Positions 41,009 through 50,423 of a stretch of 64,000 nucleotides of DNA are shown piece after piece. This stretch comes from Caldisericia bacterium (GTDB lineage Bacteria > Caldisericota > Caldisericia > B22-G15). Below the pieces are notes generated by a model. That model was given only the letters and a program-made list of their open reading frames with translations. It made no database searches and was not told the DNA's origin. Position 1 is the first letter of the stretch. The number at the start of each line of letters is the position of its first letter. The DNA lies in contig JASEFN010000002.1 in NCBI GenBank assembly GCA_030018355.1, positions 46,699 through 110,698 on the forward strand. Direction: 5' to 3'. A program made the translations under genes and the position numbers.

Positions 41009-41987
41009 AAAAGAAGTTATTTTAAAAATCTTAAAACTCAATTTATCAAGAAAGAAAAAATGGGAATTAATTAAAAGTGATTTAATACATAAAGAAATCA
41101 ATAGTTCTTCTTTTGACAAAGAAGAAAAAGAGTTGGAGTTTTATAACAAAAGGGGAATTAACTTTATAACTTTTCTTGATGAAAATTATCCTGAACCTCT
41201 CAAAAATATTTATGATCCACCAATAGCACTTTTTTATAAAGGTAAATTAAAAAAAGATTTTATTGGAGTTAGTATTGTTGGAACAAGAAGATGTAGTGAT
41301 TATGGAAGGTTTGTAAGTGAAGAGTTGTCATCTTATCTTGTGAAATATGGGGTAGTTGTTATAAGTGGTCTTGCTTATGGAATTGATACATATGCACACA
41401 TAGGAGCCTTAAAAGGTGGAGGAGAAACATATGCAGTTTTAGGAAGTGGGTTAAATATTATTTATCCATCAAAAAATTTGACTCTTTCTAAAAAAATTGA
41501 AGAGAATGGAGCATTAATTTCTGAATATTTTCCAGATGAAAAACCAAGGGATTATCATTTTCCAGAGAGAAATAGAATAATTGCAGGTCTATCTAAAGCA
41601 GTTGTTCTTGTTGAGGCGCCTATAAAAAGTGGTGCACTGATTACAGTTGATTTTGCAATTGACTTTGGAAGAGAGGTCTTTTCTGTTCCAGGTCAAATAA
41701 ATAGCGAAAAATCAGAAGGATGTCATAAGATAATAAAAGATGGTGCTAATATTTTATGTAAATATTCTGATATTCTTGAGTTATTAAATATAAAACCAAA
41801 AGACACTCCTCTTCCAATTTTAGATGAAGATGAAAAAAGAGTTTTGGAAAAAGTTCCTTATACAATAACATATATTGATGATATAATTGAATCTTCGAAA
41901 GATCTTTCTATTCTTGTTTCTCTTGAAAGTAAAGGGTTAATTCAGAGTTTTCCTGGAAATTTTTATATAAGAAAAAGAATAAGATGA
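40971..41987 (+). CDS. dprA: DNA-processing protein DprA
   Basis: Rossmann-like DprA domain (GLAYGIDTYAHIGAL, SGALITVD). The track start at 40947 is a TTG. The ATG at 40971 is an alternative. Either one overlaps the MBL gene. Confidence 0.75.
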   Translation: MKNLLDLINLYGEKEVILKILKLNLSRKKKWELIKSDLIHKEINSSSFDKEEKELEFYNKRGINFITFLDENYPEPLKNIYDPPIALFYKGKLKKDFIGVSIVGTRRCSDYGRFVSEELSSYLVKYGVVVISGLAYGIDTYAHIGALKGGGETYAVLGSGLNIIYPSKNLTLSKKIEENGALISEYFPDEKPRDYHFPERNRIIAGLSKAVVLVEAPIKSGALITVDFAIDFGREVFSVPGQINSEKSEGCHKIIKDGANILCKYSDILELLNIKPKDTPLPILDEDEKRVLEKVPYTITYIDDIIESSKDLSILVSLESKGLIQSFPGNFYIRKRIR

Positions 41988-44263
41988 TAGATAAAATTCT
42001 CGATATTTTAATACTTGAAAGAAAAAGAAAATTTGACAATAAATCTGTAATTGGCGGGTTTAATTCATTTTTATTAAATAATATTTCACATCTTGAATTA
42101 TATGGAATTGATATAAAAAAATTAAAAAAACTTTTAAATGAATATCAAGAGGAAAATTTAGAAAAAAGAAAAAAAATTTATTGGAATATATTTAATGAAA
42201 TTATAGACTCTATTTTTAAATTAAGAGAAATAGACCTTGATAAGATTCCTCAAATTGGAGAAAAAAGAAAGGAGATTTTAAATAAATTAGGAATTTATAA
42301 CTCATATGACCTTATTTATTATTTTCCGAGAAAGTACATTGATTTTGGAAAACTTACAAAAATTGTTAATGTAAAAAATGGTGAGTATGCACAAGTTCAA
42401 GGAGAAGTTTTGTCAATTGAGAAAAAAAATATAAGAAGCAATCTTTCAATATTAAAAGTTAAATTTTTTGATGGAACTTCAAGTTTATATGGAGTATGGT
42501 TTAATCAACCTTATCTTGAAAAATTTTTCAGAAAAGGAAAAAAGTTTTTACTTATGGGCGAAGTTTCATATAATTTTGGTGAATGGCAAATTGAAAACCC
42601 TGATTTTGAAGAGATAGAGAGTTTTAAAGATGATTCAAAAGAAAAAATAGTCCCAATATATTCCCAAACAAAAGGACTTACTTCTAAAATTATTTCAAAT
42701 TGTATAAATGAAGCAATTAAATTAACAGAAAAATTTATATTTGATCCACTTCCAAAAGAGATAATTAAAAAAAGAGAACTTGTACCTTTAAACTTTGCAT
42801 TAAAAAATATTCACTTTCCTCTTTCAAAGGAGAGTCTAAAAAAGAGTGAGTTTAGATTGAAATATGAAGAACTCTTCCTTTTTCAACTTTTCCTTCAAGT
42901 AAGAAAAATGAAGATAAAAGAGAAATTGGGGATGAAATATGAAGTAAAAGAGAGTGATAGAGAAAAATTTATATCTTCACTCCCTTTTAAACTTACAAAA
43001 GGACAATTGAAAGTTATAGATGAAATTGAAAGAGATTTAAAAAGTGGGAAGGTAATGAATCGTCTTTTACATGGAGAAGTTGGAAGTGGAAAAACAGTAG
43101 TTGCTGCATATTCACTCTATCTTTCTGTTTTAAATAAAACACAAGGAGCAATGATGTCTCCAACAGAAATTCTTGCAATTCAAACTTATAATAATGTTAA
43201 AAAATTTTTATCTCCTTTTAATATAAGAGTTGAACTTTTAACCGGAAGCACAAAAAATAAAGACGAAATTAAAAAAAGATTGAAAGAGGGTGAAATAGAT
43301 ATAATTATAGGAACTCATGCTTTAATAGAGGAGGATATTGAATTTAAGAATCTATCTCTTGTTATAGTTGATGAACAACATAGATTTGGTGTTTTGCAGA
43401 GAGGTGAGTTAATTAAAAAAGGTCGTTTTCCTCATACACTTGTTTTATCTGCAACTCCAATTCCAAGAACACTTGCACTTACTCTTTATGGAGATCTAGA
43501 TATATCAACAATAGATGAGCTTCCTCCAGGTAGAAAGCCAGTGAAAACAATTGTGTTTCCAAAAGAAGAAAAAGAAAAAGCATATGAATTTGTAAGAGAA
43601 AAATTAAGAGATGGAGAAAAAATTTATGTTGTTTGTCCTTTAATTGAGGAGAGTGAAAAATTAGAGATTTCATCTGTTAAAGAGAAATATGAAGAGTTTA
43701 AAGAAATATTTAGAGGAGTAAAAATTGATATTTTACATGGAAGAATGAGGGGAGATGAAAAGGAAGCGAAGATTAAAAATTTTAGAGAGGGTGACACACA
43801 AATATTAATTTCAACAAGTGTTATTGAAGTTGGAATTGATGTTCCTGAAGCAAATATTATTCTTGTTGAAGATGCACAAAGATTTGGTCTTTTAACTTTA
43901 CATCAATTAAGGGGAAGAGTTGGAAGAGGAGATAAGGAGTCATACTGTCTTTTAATTCTTTCAAATTATGATAAAGATTCTCTAAGAAGAGTTAGAGTTT
44001 TAGAAAGAACTAATTCTGGTCTTGAAATTTCAGAATGGGATCTAAAATTTAGAGGAACTGGAGAACTTGGTGGAGAAAAACAACATGGAGTTTCAGAGTT
44101 TAAAATTGTAAATCTTTTAAGTGAAGAAGATTTTGAGATTTTAAAAATTGCGAGAGAAGATGTTGAGTCTTTTATTAAAAATTATTCACTACTCGATTAT
44201 CCATATTTATTAAAAGAGTTATCTTTGAGATTCAAAGATTTTAAATTACTTGATATATCATGA
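41984..44263 (+). CDS. recG: ATP-dependent DNA helicase RecG
   Basis: Wedge/OB domain followed by SF2 helicase motifs (GEVGSGKT, DEQHRFG, SATPIPRT, QLRGRVGRG). Confidence 0.9.
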   Translation: MIDKILDILILERKRKFDNKSVIGGFNSFLLNNISHLELYGIDIKKLKKLLNEYQEENLEKRKKIYWNIFNEIIDSIFKLREIDLDKIPQIGEKRKEILNKLGIYNSYDLIYYFPRKYIDFGKLTKIVNVKNGEYAQVQGEVLSIEKKNIRSNLSILKVKFFDGTSSLYGVWFNQPYLEKFFRKGKKFLLMGEVSYNFGEWQIENPDFEEIESFKDDSKEKIVPIYSQTKGLTSKIISNCINEAIKLTEKFIFDPLPKEIIKKRELVPLNFALKNIHFPLSKESLKKSEFRLKYEELFLFQLFLQVRKMKIKEKLGMKYEVKESDREKFISSLPFKLTKGQLKVIDEIERDLKSGKVMNRLLHGEVGSGKTVVAAYSLYLSVLNKTQGAMMSPTEILAIQTYNNVKKFLSPFNIRVELLTGSTKNKDEIKKRLKEGEIDIIIGTHALIEEDIEFKNLSLVIVDEQHRFGVLQRGELIKKGRFPHTLVLSATPIPRTLALTLYGDLDISTIDELPPGRKPVKTIVFPKEEKEKAYEFVREKLRDGEKIYVVCPLIEESEKLEISSVKEKYEEFKEIFRGVKIDILHGRMRGDEKEAKIKNFREGDTQILISTSVIEVGIDVPEANIILVEDAQRFGLLTLHQLRGRVGRGDKESYCLLILSNYDKDSLRRVRVLERTNSGLEISEWDLKFRGTGELGGEKQHGVSEFKIVNLLSEEDFEILKIAREDVESFIKNYSLLDYPYLLKELSLRFKDFKLLDIS

Positions 44264-44820
44264 GGATAACATCTGGAGTGTTAAGGGGAAGAAAAATTTT
44301 AGAGGTTAATGACAGAAGAGTAAGAGAAACTCTTGATATTGTAAGAGAATCACTTTTTAATTCATTAAGAGGACATATTGAAAATAAAGTTTTTTATGAT
44401 CTATTTGCTGGCTCTGGGGCAGTTGGAATAGAGGCTTTGTCTTGTGGAGCAAGTTTTGCTGTATTTGTAGACAACAATTTTAAATCAATTAAAACAATAA
44501 TTGAAAATCTTAAGAGTTTAAATTTGATAGATAAAGCAAAAGTTATAAAAAAAGATGTTTTAAGATTTTTAAAAGGAGAAAAAGGTTCTCTTCCTAAAGG
44601 AGATTTTATTTTTCTTGATCCACCATATGAATTTGGGCTTGGTGAAAGAGCACTTGAAATAATTTCAATTAGTAATATCATTAAAGATGAAACAATAATA
44701 ATTTATGAACACTCTAAAAGAGAAAGTTTAAAAACAAGTTTTGAAATAGTAAAAAGTTTGAAAATTGGAGAAACTATTTTAGATTTTTTAATAATAAGGA
44801 GAGGAAGCACGAATGGATAA
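44260..44820 (+). CDS. rsmD: 16S rRNA (guanine966-N2)-methyltransferase
   Basis: DLFAGSGAVGIEALS SAM motif and DPPY catalytic motif. Confidence 0.85.
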   Translation: MRITSGVLRGRKILEVNDRRVRETLDIVRESLFNSLRGHIENKVFYDLFAGSGAVGIEALSCGASFAVFVDNNFKSIKTIIENLKSLNLIDKAKVIKKDVLRFLKGEKGSLPKGDFIFLDPPYEFGLGERALEIISISNIIKDETIIIYEHSKRESLKTSFEIVKSLKIGETILDFLIIRRGSTNG

Positions 44821-45307
44821 GGAAAAAGGAAAAATTGCGGTTTATCCTGGTAGTTTTGATCCCCCTACTTTGGGACATCTTGATTTAATAAAAAGAGCAT
44901 CTAAAATTTTTGATAAATTAATTGTTTTGGTTTCAGATAGCAAAAACAAAAATTATATGTTTTCAAAAGAAGAGAGATTTTTAATGGTTAAAGAGATGGT
45001 GGAACAGATTGAAAATGTTGAAGTTCAAATGTTGAATGGCCTTTTAATTGATTATCTTAAAGCAAATAAAATAAAATTTGTAATTAGAGGCTTAAGAATT
45101 ACATCTGACTTTGATTATGAGTTTCAAATGTCTTCATTTAATAAAGTTCTCTATCCTGAAATTGAAACAATTTATATAATGAGTGATAGTAAATATACAC
45201 TTTTATCTTCAAGTTTAGTTAGAGAATTAATTTTAAATAATGGAGATATAAGCAAATTTGTACCAGAATCTGTTGTAAAATTTATTAAAAGTAGAGGGGT
45301 AAAATGA
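44813..45307 (+). CDS. coaD: phosphopantetheine adenylyltransferase
   Basis: AVYPGSFDPPTLGHLDLIKRA (HxGH nucleotidyltransferase motif). Confidence 0.9.
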   Translation: MDKEKGKIAVYPGSFDPPTLGHLDLIKRASKIFDKLIVLVSDSKNKNYMFSKEERFLMVKEMVEQIENVEVQMLNGLLIDYLKANKIKFVIRGLRITSDFDYEFQMSSFNKVLYPEIETIYIMSDSKYTLLSSSLVRELILNNGDISKFVPESVVKFIKSRGVK

Positions 45308-45750
45308 ACATATTAGGTTTGTTAAGTAATTTAAAATCTTTAATCGAAAAAGGGAAACCTGTCCCTTTTTCAAATATGGTGATGGTAGATGAGAAAAAAC
45401 TTTTGTCAATTATTGAAGAGATTGAAAAAAATTTTCCTTCTGAATTTGAAAAGGCAAGAGAGATTTTAAGAAATAAAGAGAGTATTATATCTGAAGCGAG
45501 AGAAAGGGCAAAAAAAATAATTGAAAATGCTGAAAATGATAAGAAAAGATTGATTTATGAGTCAGAAATAGTTCTTGAGGCAAAAGAAGAGGCTGAAAGA
45601 CTTCTTAAAGAGGCAAGAGAGGAAGCAGAAAGAATTAAGAATGAGGGTAAGGAGTTTGTAAAAGAACTCTTGTCAAAAGTTGATAACTACCTTCTTAAGG
45701 CAAGAAACATAATTAATGATGGTATAAACGCATTATCGGAGGAAGATTAA
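45304..45750 (+). CDS. hypothetical coiled-coil protein
   Basis: 148 aa, E/K/R-rich predicted long helices. Translationally coupled between coaD and yceD. No recognisable motif. Confidence 0.4.
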   Translation: MNILGLLSNLKSLIEKGKPVPFSNMVMVDEKKLLSIIEEIEKNFPSEFEKAREILRNKESIISEARERAKKIIENAENDKKRLIYESEIVLEAKEEAERLLKEAREEAERIKNEGKEFVKELLSKVDNYLLKARNIINDGINALSEED

Positions 45751-46317
45751 ATGATAAGTGTAAGAGATCTAAAGAGAGAAACAGGTCTTAAAAAAAAGGT
45801 TTCTCTCGAACTTACTTTTAATGAAATTGAAGGTTTTAAAATTTTGTCTCCGGTTCTTGTTGATATAGAAATAGAAAATATTGGTATGGGATTTACTGTA
45901 AAAGGAAATTTTGAAGTGACTGTTGAACTACAATGCAGAAGATGTCTTAAATTTTTTCCATATAAACTTGTTGCAGAAATTGACGAAATTTATACAACAA
46001 AAAGAGAAGAGATTCAACCAAAAAAGTTGTTAAATCGTGATGAACTCTCAACATTTTTGTTTAATGGAGAGGAGATAAATATTAAAGAAGCAATAAGGCA
46101 AAACATAATTGTTTTAATCCCTCCATATCCACTTTGCAAAGATGATTGTAAAGGTTTGTGTCCAATTTGTGGTAAAGATTTAAACGAAGGATTTTGTGAG
46201 CACATTGAATTTCTTGAAAAAGAAGATATTGAGGAAAACCCATTCTATAAACTTTATTTAAAACTTTATGAAGATAATAAAAAGCGTTCTCACGGAAATA
46301 AAAAAAAGAAAATTTGA
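45751..46317 (+). CDS. yceD: YceD/DUF177-family protein (large-ribosomal-subunit accumulation factor)
   Basis: Cys cluster CKDDCKGLCPICGKDLNEGFCEH typical of DUF177. Confidence 0.65.
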   Translation: MISVRDLKRETGLKKKVSLELTFNEIEGFKILSPVLVDIEIENIGMGFTVKGNFEVTVELQCRRCLKFFPYKLVAEIDEIYTTKREEIQPKKLLNRDELSTFLFNGEEINIKEAIRQNIIVLIPPYPLCKDDCKGLCPICGKDLNEGFCEHIEFLEKEDIEENPFYKLYLKLYEDNKKRSHGNKKKKI

Positions 46318-46900
46318 ATTATTCAAATTTTTCTTAAGATTTTTCATCTCTTTTTTAATTGGAGGAATTATTGTATATTTTGTTTTCATTTTTATAAAAA
46401 ATTCATCTTATGTAAATAAAGATTTATTTAAAAATATTTTTGATGAAATAAAAAAGCATCTTGAAACCTATTTTCTTCCTTATACTCAAAAAGGAATTTT
46501 TGGGAGAATTTTCTTTATATTTTTAAACAATTTTAGAGTTGTTGTTGTGGCTGGCATATTAAGTTTTATTACTTTTGGAATCTTTTCAGAAATTGTTGCA
46601 TATATAAATGGATTTTTAGTTGGTGCTGTTGTATTCTCTCTTCCTTTAATATTTGAGAAGGCAAATCCTATTTCAGTTTTTTTATTTGGCATAGCGCCTC
46701 ATGGAATTTTTGAAATTTTTGCTTTTCTTCTCTCTTTGACTTTTGCTCACTCTCTCTCACCTACTAAAGATGGAATAAAATCTATTGATTTGTATTTAAA
46801 ATCATATATTATTGTAATTCCTCTTCTTTTTATTGCATCAATAATAGAGGTTACTTTTACGCCTTTTCTTTTATCATTGTTTTTACTTAAAAATATTTAA
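46268..46900 (+). CDS. SpoIIM/DUF95-family integral membrane protein
   Basis: Multi-TM protein with the GIAPHGIFEI motif characteristic of DUF95. The start overlaps yceD. Confidence 0.55.
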   Translation: MKIIKSVLTEIKKRKFELFKFFLRFFISFLIGGIIVYFVFIFIKNSSYVNKDLFKNIFDEIKKHLETYFLPYTQKGIFGRIFFIFLNNFRVVVVAGILSFITFGIFSEIVAYINGFLVGAVVFSLPLIFEKANPISVFLFGIAPHGIFEIFAFLLSLTFAHSLSPTKDGIKSIDLYLKSYIIVIPLLFIASIIEVTFTPFLLSLFLLKNI

Positions 46901-46906
46901 AATTTA

Positions 46907-47809
46907 TTACCAACCAGGATTTATATTCCCTTCTTTCTCAATAAATGGAAGCCAAACAAGAGAGAAAAATCTTATATTTATCTCTGTTTTTGATGGTTTT
47001 AAAATAATTTTCTCAAAACTCTCTTTTGATGGATCTAATCGTTCTTCAATTTTTTGAATCTCTATCTGAAACTCTTTTTCGAGTTCCTTTAATTCACTTT
47101 CATATTTTTGAACTGTCTCCTCTGCTCTCTTTATATCTTCCTCTTCTTTCATTATTCTTGTTGCATCCCTTGCTGCAGTTGTTGCTCTTCCTATATTTCC
47201 AACTCCTGTGATTTTTCTACCAAGTATTGCGCCAAGAATTGTTGCACCAAATGAAATTGTAGTTTGTAGTTTTCTCTGCTGAAGTTGATCCTTTTCTCTA
47301 TCAAGAATTTGTAATGCTTTTCTATATTTTTCTTCTATTGACTTTAACTTTTCTTCATAATTTTTGATTATCTTCTCTTTTTCTTCTTCTCTTTTATCTC
47401 TTGATAATTCAACAAGTCTTATTTTAAATTCACTTTCACTTTCATTTGGTTTTGAGTAAATTTTATAGGTTGGACTTTTATAAATTTCAAGATTTATATT
47501 ATTCCTTATATGATTTATAAACTCTTTTTTCCAAGTATCATAATTTTTTGGATTAAAAGCTTGTTTAGGTAAGTTTTCAAAAAAGGCTTCTGATTCTGGT
47601 TTTGAAGAGAGTTCATTTAAGTTAATATTTAATTCAAATGAATTTGAAAAATCAACTGGAATTGGTGCGTCTTTTATTTCTGCTGCCAGAATTTTTTCAA
47701 CATTATAATCTAATCCCTTTTTTGAGTCACTAAAATTAACAATTGCACTTCCTAAAACGAAGGGTTTATAAATTAATTTAGATGATTCTGAGATTATTTT
47801 TTTTAGAGT
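46907..47809 (-). CDS. start-less +1-frame continuation (about 300 codons) of the DUF853-like ATPase: coiled-coil plus Gly/Ala/Thr-rich amphipathic segment. Frameshifted gene or sequencing indel.
   Basis: This frame opens 10 codons before the frame-A stop, overlaps the A8 run, and has no ATG/GTG/TTG for about 235 codons. A 300-codon stop-free frame in roughly 30% GC DNA is not expected by chance. Deleting one A fuses the two frames into one protein of about 813 aa. Confidence 0.6.
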   Translation of the reverse strand, partial: TLKKIISESSKLIYKPFVLGSAIVNFSDSKKGLDYNVEKILAAEIKDAPIPVDFSNSFELNINLNELSSKPESEAFFENLPKQAFNPKNYDTWKKEFINHIRNNINLEIYKSPTYKIYSKPNESESEFKIRLVELSRDKREEEKEKIIKNYEEKLKSIEEKYRKALQILDREKDQLQQRKLQTTISFGATILGAILGRKITGVGNIGRATTAARDATRIMKEEEDIKRAEETVQKYESELKELEKEFQIEIQKIEERLDPSKESFEKIILKPSKTEINIRFFSLVWLPFIEKEGNINPGW

Positions 47810-49349
47810 TTAAAAAATATTGAGTTATTGTTGGTGGAACAATAGGAATTTCTTTTTTAATCTCCTCTTTTTGAATTACATTTTTTATTTCAAAAGGCAT
47901 TTTATACTCTTTTTTGGTTTCAAAAGCACCCTCTTTTATTTTAGAGGACATTAAAATTTTTATGTGATCTTTTGTCAAAGGCCCTCTTAAATATGATAAA
48001 ACATGTCTTGTTTCAAAAATAATTGGTTCATTTTCATGAATATTATTCATAATAAAAATTCTTTTTCCTAAAGAAGATATAACTTTATCAAAAAACTTTC
48101 TATCAAATTTTAAATTTATATTTTGCGATGCAATGTCTAAACCTTCTAAAACTTTTTCCTTGTCTCTTTCTGTCTGGAGTCTTCCAATAAACCATGTACC
48201 AATGTTTGATAAACCTTTATAATCAATATCAACTGGATTTTGTGTTGAAAGGAGAATTCCAACTCCAAAAGCACGTGCCTGTTTTAAAAGAGTAAGAAGA
48301 GGCTTTTTTGATGGAGGATTTGCAATTGGTGGAAAGTATCCAAAAATTTCATCCATATATATTAATGCTCTTAAATGATTTGTTCCAGATAAAGTTCTTA
48401 CCCATGAGAGTATTTCATTAAATAAAAGCGAGACAAAAAACATTCTCTCTTTCTCATTTAAATGTGCTAAATAAAAAATAGAAATTCTTGGTTTTCCATT
48501 TTCTGAATAAAGTATCTTATTTATTTCAAGTGGAACTCCTTCAAACCATAGATTAAAAGATGGAGATGCAATAAGATTGTTTAATGCAAGAGATAAGTTG
48601 TATCTTTCTTTTGATGGATAAAAATTTTCAATATCCATAACTCCAATTTTTTTAATAACTGGATTTTGAATTTCATGAATAAGTGTTTCTATGGATAAAC
48701 TTTTATTTTCTTTCCAATAATTTTCTATTAATTTTGAAATTAAAATGTGATCTCTTGATTTTAATGGATCTCCTTCTATTCCAATCAAACTTAATAAACT
48801 TGATGTTATCGAAAAAATTTTATCACTTAAAAGCTCCTCATCCTCCAAAATTTCTTTTGGAGGAGATGCAAAAGATTTTAATATTGAGACTGGAATCCCT
48901 GCTTTGCTTCCAGGAGTAAAAATAACAATGTCAACAGATTCTTTTAATTTTTTAATTCTCTCTTTACTTTGACCCCATTTTTTAATTCCTTCTTCCCAAA
49001 TTTTAGAAACCTCTTTTGCATACTCTTCTTTTGTTAATCCTTTTTTTGCAGCTTCTTCTTCATTTATCCATGGCAAAAATTCTTCAGGTGACAAATTTTC
49101 AAAAAGTAGAGCAATATTTGCAAGATCGCCTTTTGGATCAATTAGAATAGATGGTATATTATCAATAGCTGCCTCTTCTAAAATTCCAATACACAAACCA
49201 GTTTTCCCGCTTCCAGTCATTCCAATGCAAATACCATGTGTTAAAAGATCTTTGGAATCATACAATATTATTTCATCGAATACCTCATTTTTTTCTATGT
49301 CATACTTTTTCCCAAGATAAAAATATCCTAATTTTTCAAAATCAACCAC
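47778..49349 (-). CDS. HerA/FtsK-superfamily P-loop ATPase (DUF853/YjgR-like), N-terminal 523 codons in frame A, ending at a stop just after an A8 run
   Basis: GTG start with GGAGGTG Shine-Dalgarno. Walker A GMTGSGKTG followed by DPKGDL, Walker B LIYMDEIFG, and STQNPVDID. Confidence 0.7.
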   Translation of the reverse strand: MVDFEKLGYFYLGKKYDIEKNEVFDEIILYDSKDLLTHGICIGMTGSGKTGLCIGILEEAAIDNIPSILIDPKGDLANIALLFENLSPEEFLPWINEEEAAKKGLTKEEYAKEVSKIWEEGIKKWGQSKERIKKLKESVDIVIFTPGSKAGIPVSILKSFASPPKEILEDEELLSDKIFSITSSLLSLIGIEGDPLKSRDHILISKLIENYWKENKSLSIETLIHEIQNPVIKKIGVMDIENFYPSKERYNLSLALNNLIASPSFNLWFEGVPLEINKILYSENGKPRISIFYLAHLNEKERMFFVSLLFNEILSWVRTLSGTNHLRALIYMDEIFGYFPPIANPPSKKPLLTLLKQARAFGVGILLSTQNPVDIDYKGLSNIGTWFIGRLQTERDKEKVLEGLDIASQNINLKFDRKFFDKVISSLGKRIFIMNNIHENEPIIFETRHVLSYLRGPLTKDHIKILMSSKIKEGAFETKKEYKMPFEIKNVIQKEEIKKEIPIVPPTITQYFLNSKKNNLRII

Positions 49350-49451
49350 TATTTCACCTCCTTTTAATTATAATTATAAAGCATTGTAAAAATGATTTTT
49401 ATTTAATATAATTTTAATGGTTAATTTTCTCTTTAAAAAAAGGAGGGATTT

Positions 49452-50423
49452 ATGAGCAAAATCCTTGTAACAGGAGCAACAGGACAAATTGGTTCAGAAC
49501 TTACTTTATATTTAAGAGAAATTTTTGGAAGTGAAAATGTCATTGCAGCGGGTCATAAGAGAGAGCCAAGCAAAGAATTAAAAGAGTCAGGACCATTTAT
49601 TTTTTTAGATACACAAAATTATGAAGATATTGAGAGAGTGGTAAAAAATTTTCAGATAGACACAATTTATCACTTATCAGCAATTTTATCAGCAAAAGGA
49701 GAAGAATCGCCAATGTCATGTTGGAATGTTAATATGAATTCTCTTATTAATGTTCTTGAAATTGGAAGAAATTATAAATGTAAAATTTTTTATCCATCAT
49801 CTATTGCTGTATTTGGTCCTTCATCTCCTAAGGAAAACACACCACAAGAAACAATAATTAGACCAACAACTATGTATGGAATTACTAAACTTACTGGAGA
49901 ATTGTTATGTGAATATTATTATAATAAATATGGAGTTGATACAAGAGGAGTTAGATACCCTGGACTCATTTCATATGTTACACCACCTGGGGGAGGGACA
50001 ACAGATTATGCAGTTGAAATTTTTTATGAAGCAATAAAAAATAAGAGATATAAATGTTTCCTTAAGGAAGATACATATCTTCCTATGATGTATATGCCAG
50101 ATGCAATAAAAGCAGCAGTTGATTTAATGGAGGCAGATTCAAAAAAATTGATTCATAGAGCATCTTATAATATTCAAAGTATGAGTTTTTCTCCAAAAGA
50201 ACTATATTTAGAAATAAAAAAATATATCCCTGAATTTGAAATTGAATATGAGATTAATCCTATTAAACAATGTATTGCTGATTCATGGCCTAAATCTATT
50301 GATTCAACATGTGCAAAAGAAGAGTGGGGTTTTAATCCAAAGTATTCTTTTCAAGATATGGTGAAGGATATGATTGAAAAATTAACCAAAAAACTTTTAG
50401 GAGGTGATTATGCCATTAAATAA
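49452..50423 (+). CDS. tdh: L-threonine 3-dehydrogenase (short-chain, UDP-galactose-4-epimerase-like type)
   Basis: VTGATGQIGSEL Rossmann motif and an extended SDR fold. It overlaps the downstream kbl, which supports the call. Confidence 0.7.
   Translation: MSKILVTGATGQIGSELTLYLREIFGSENVIAAGHKREPSKELKESGPFIFLDTQNYEDIERVVKNFQIDTIYHLSAILSAKGEESPMSCWNVNMNSLINVLEIGRNYKCKIFYPSSIAVFGPSSPKENTPQETIIRPTTMYGITKLTGELLCEYYYNKYGVDTRGVRYPGLISYVTPPGGGTTDYAVEIFYEAIKNKRYKCFLKEDTYLPMMYMPDAIKAAVDLMEADSKKLIHRASYNIQSMSFSPKELYLEIKKYIPEFEIEYEINPIKQCIADSWPKSIDSTCAKEEWGFNPKYSFQDMVKDMIEKLTKKLLGGDYAIK

Noticed and set aside
45304-45750. The 148-aa coiled-coil ORF considered as an ATP synthase b/delta-like subunit or a toxin-antitoxin component.
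   Set aside because: No other ATP synthase genes are nearby. It is translationally coupled within the rsmD-coaD-yceD housekeeping operon and has no toxin-like motifs. It is left as hypothetical.
47790-47810. Programmed -1 ribosomal frameshift at the A AAA AAA heptamer (dnaX-like).
   Set aside because: The downstream frame is +1 relative to the upstream frame, not -1. A -1 slip on this run lands immediately on a stop codon. A sequencing indel, a genuine mutation or transcriptional slippage fit better.
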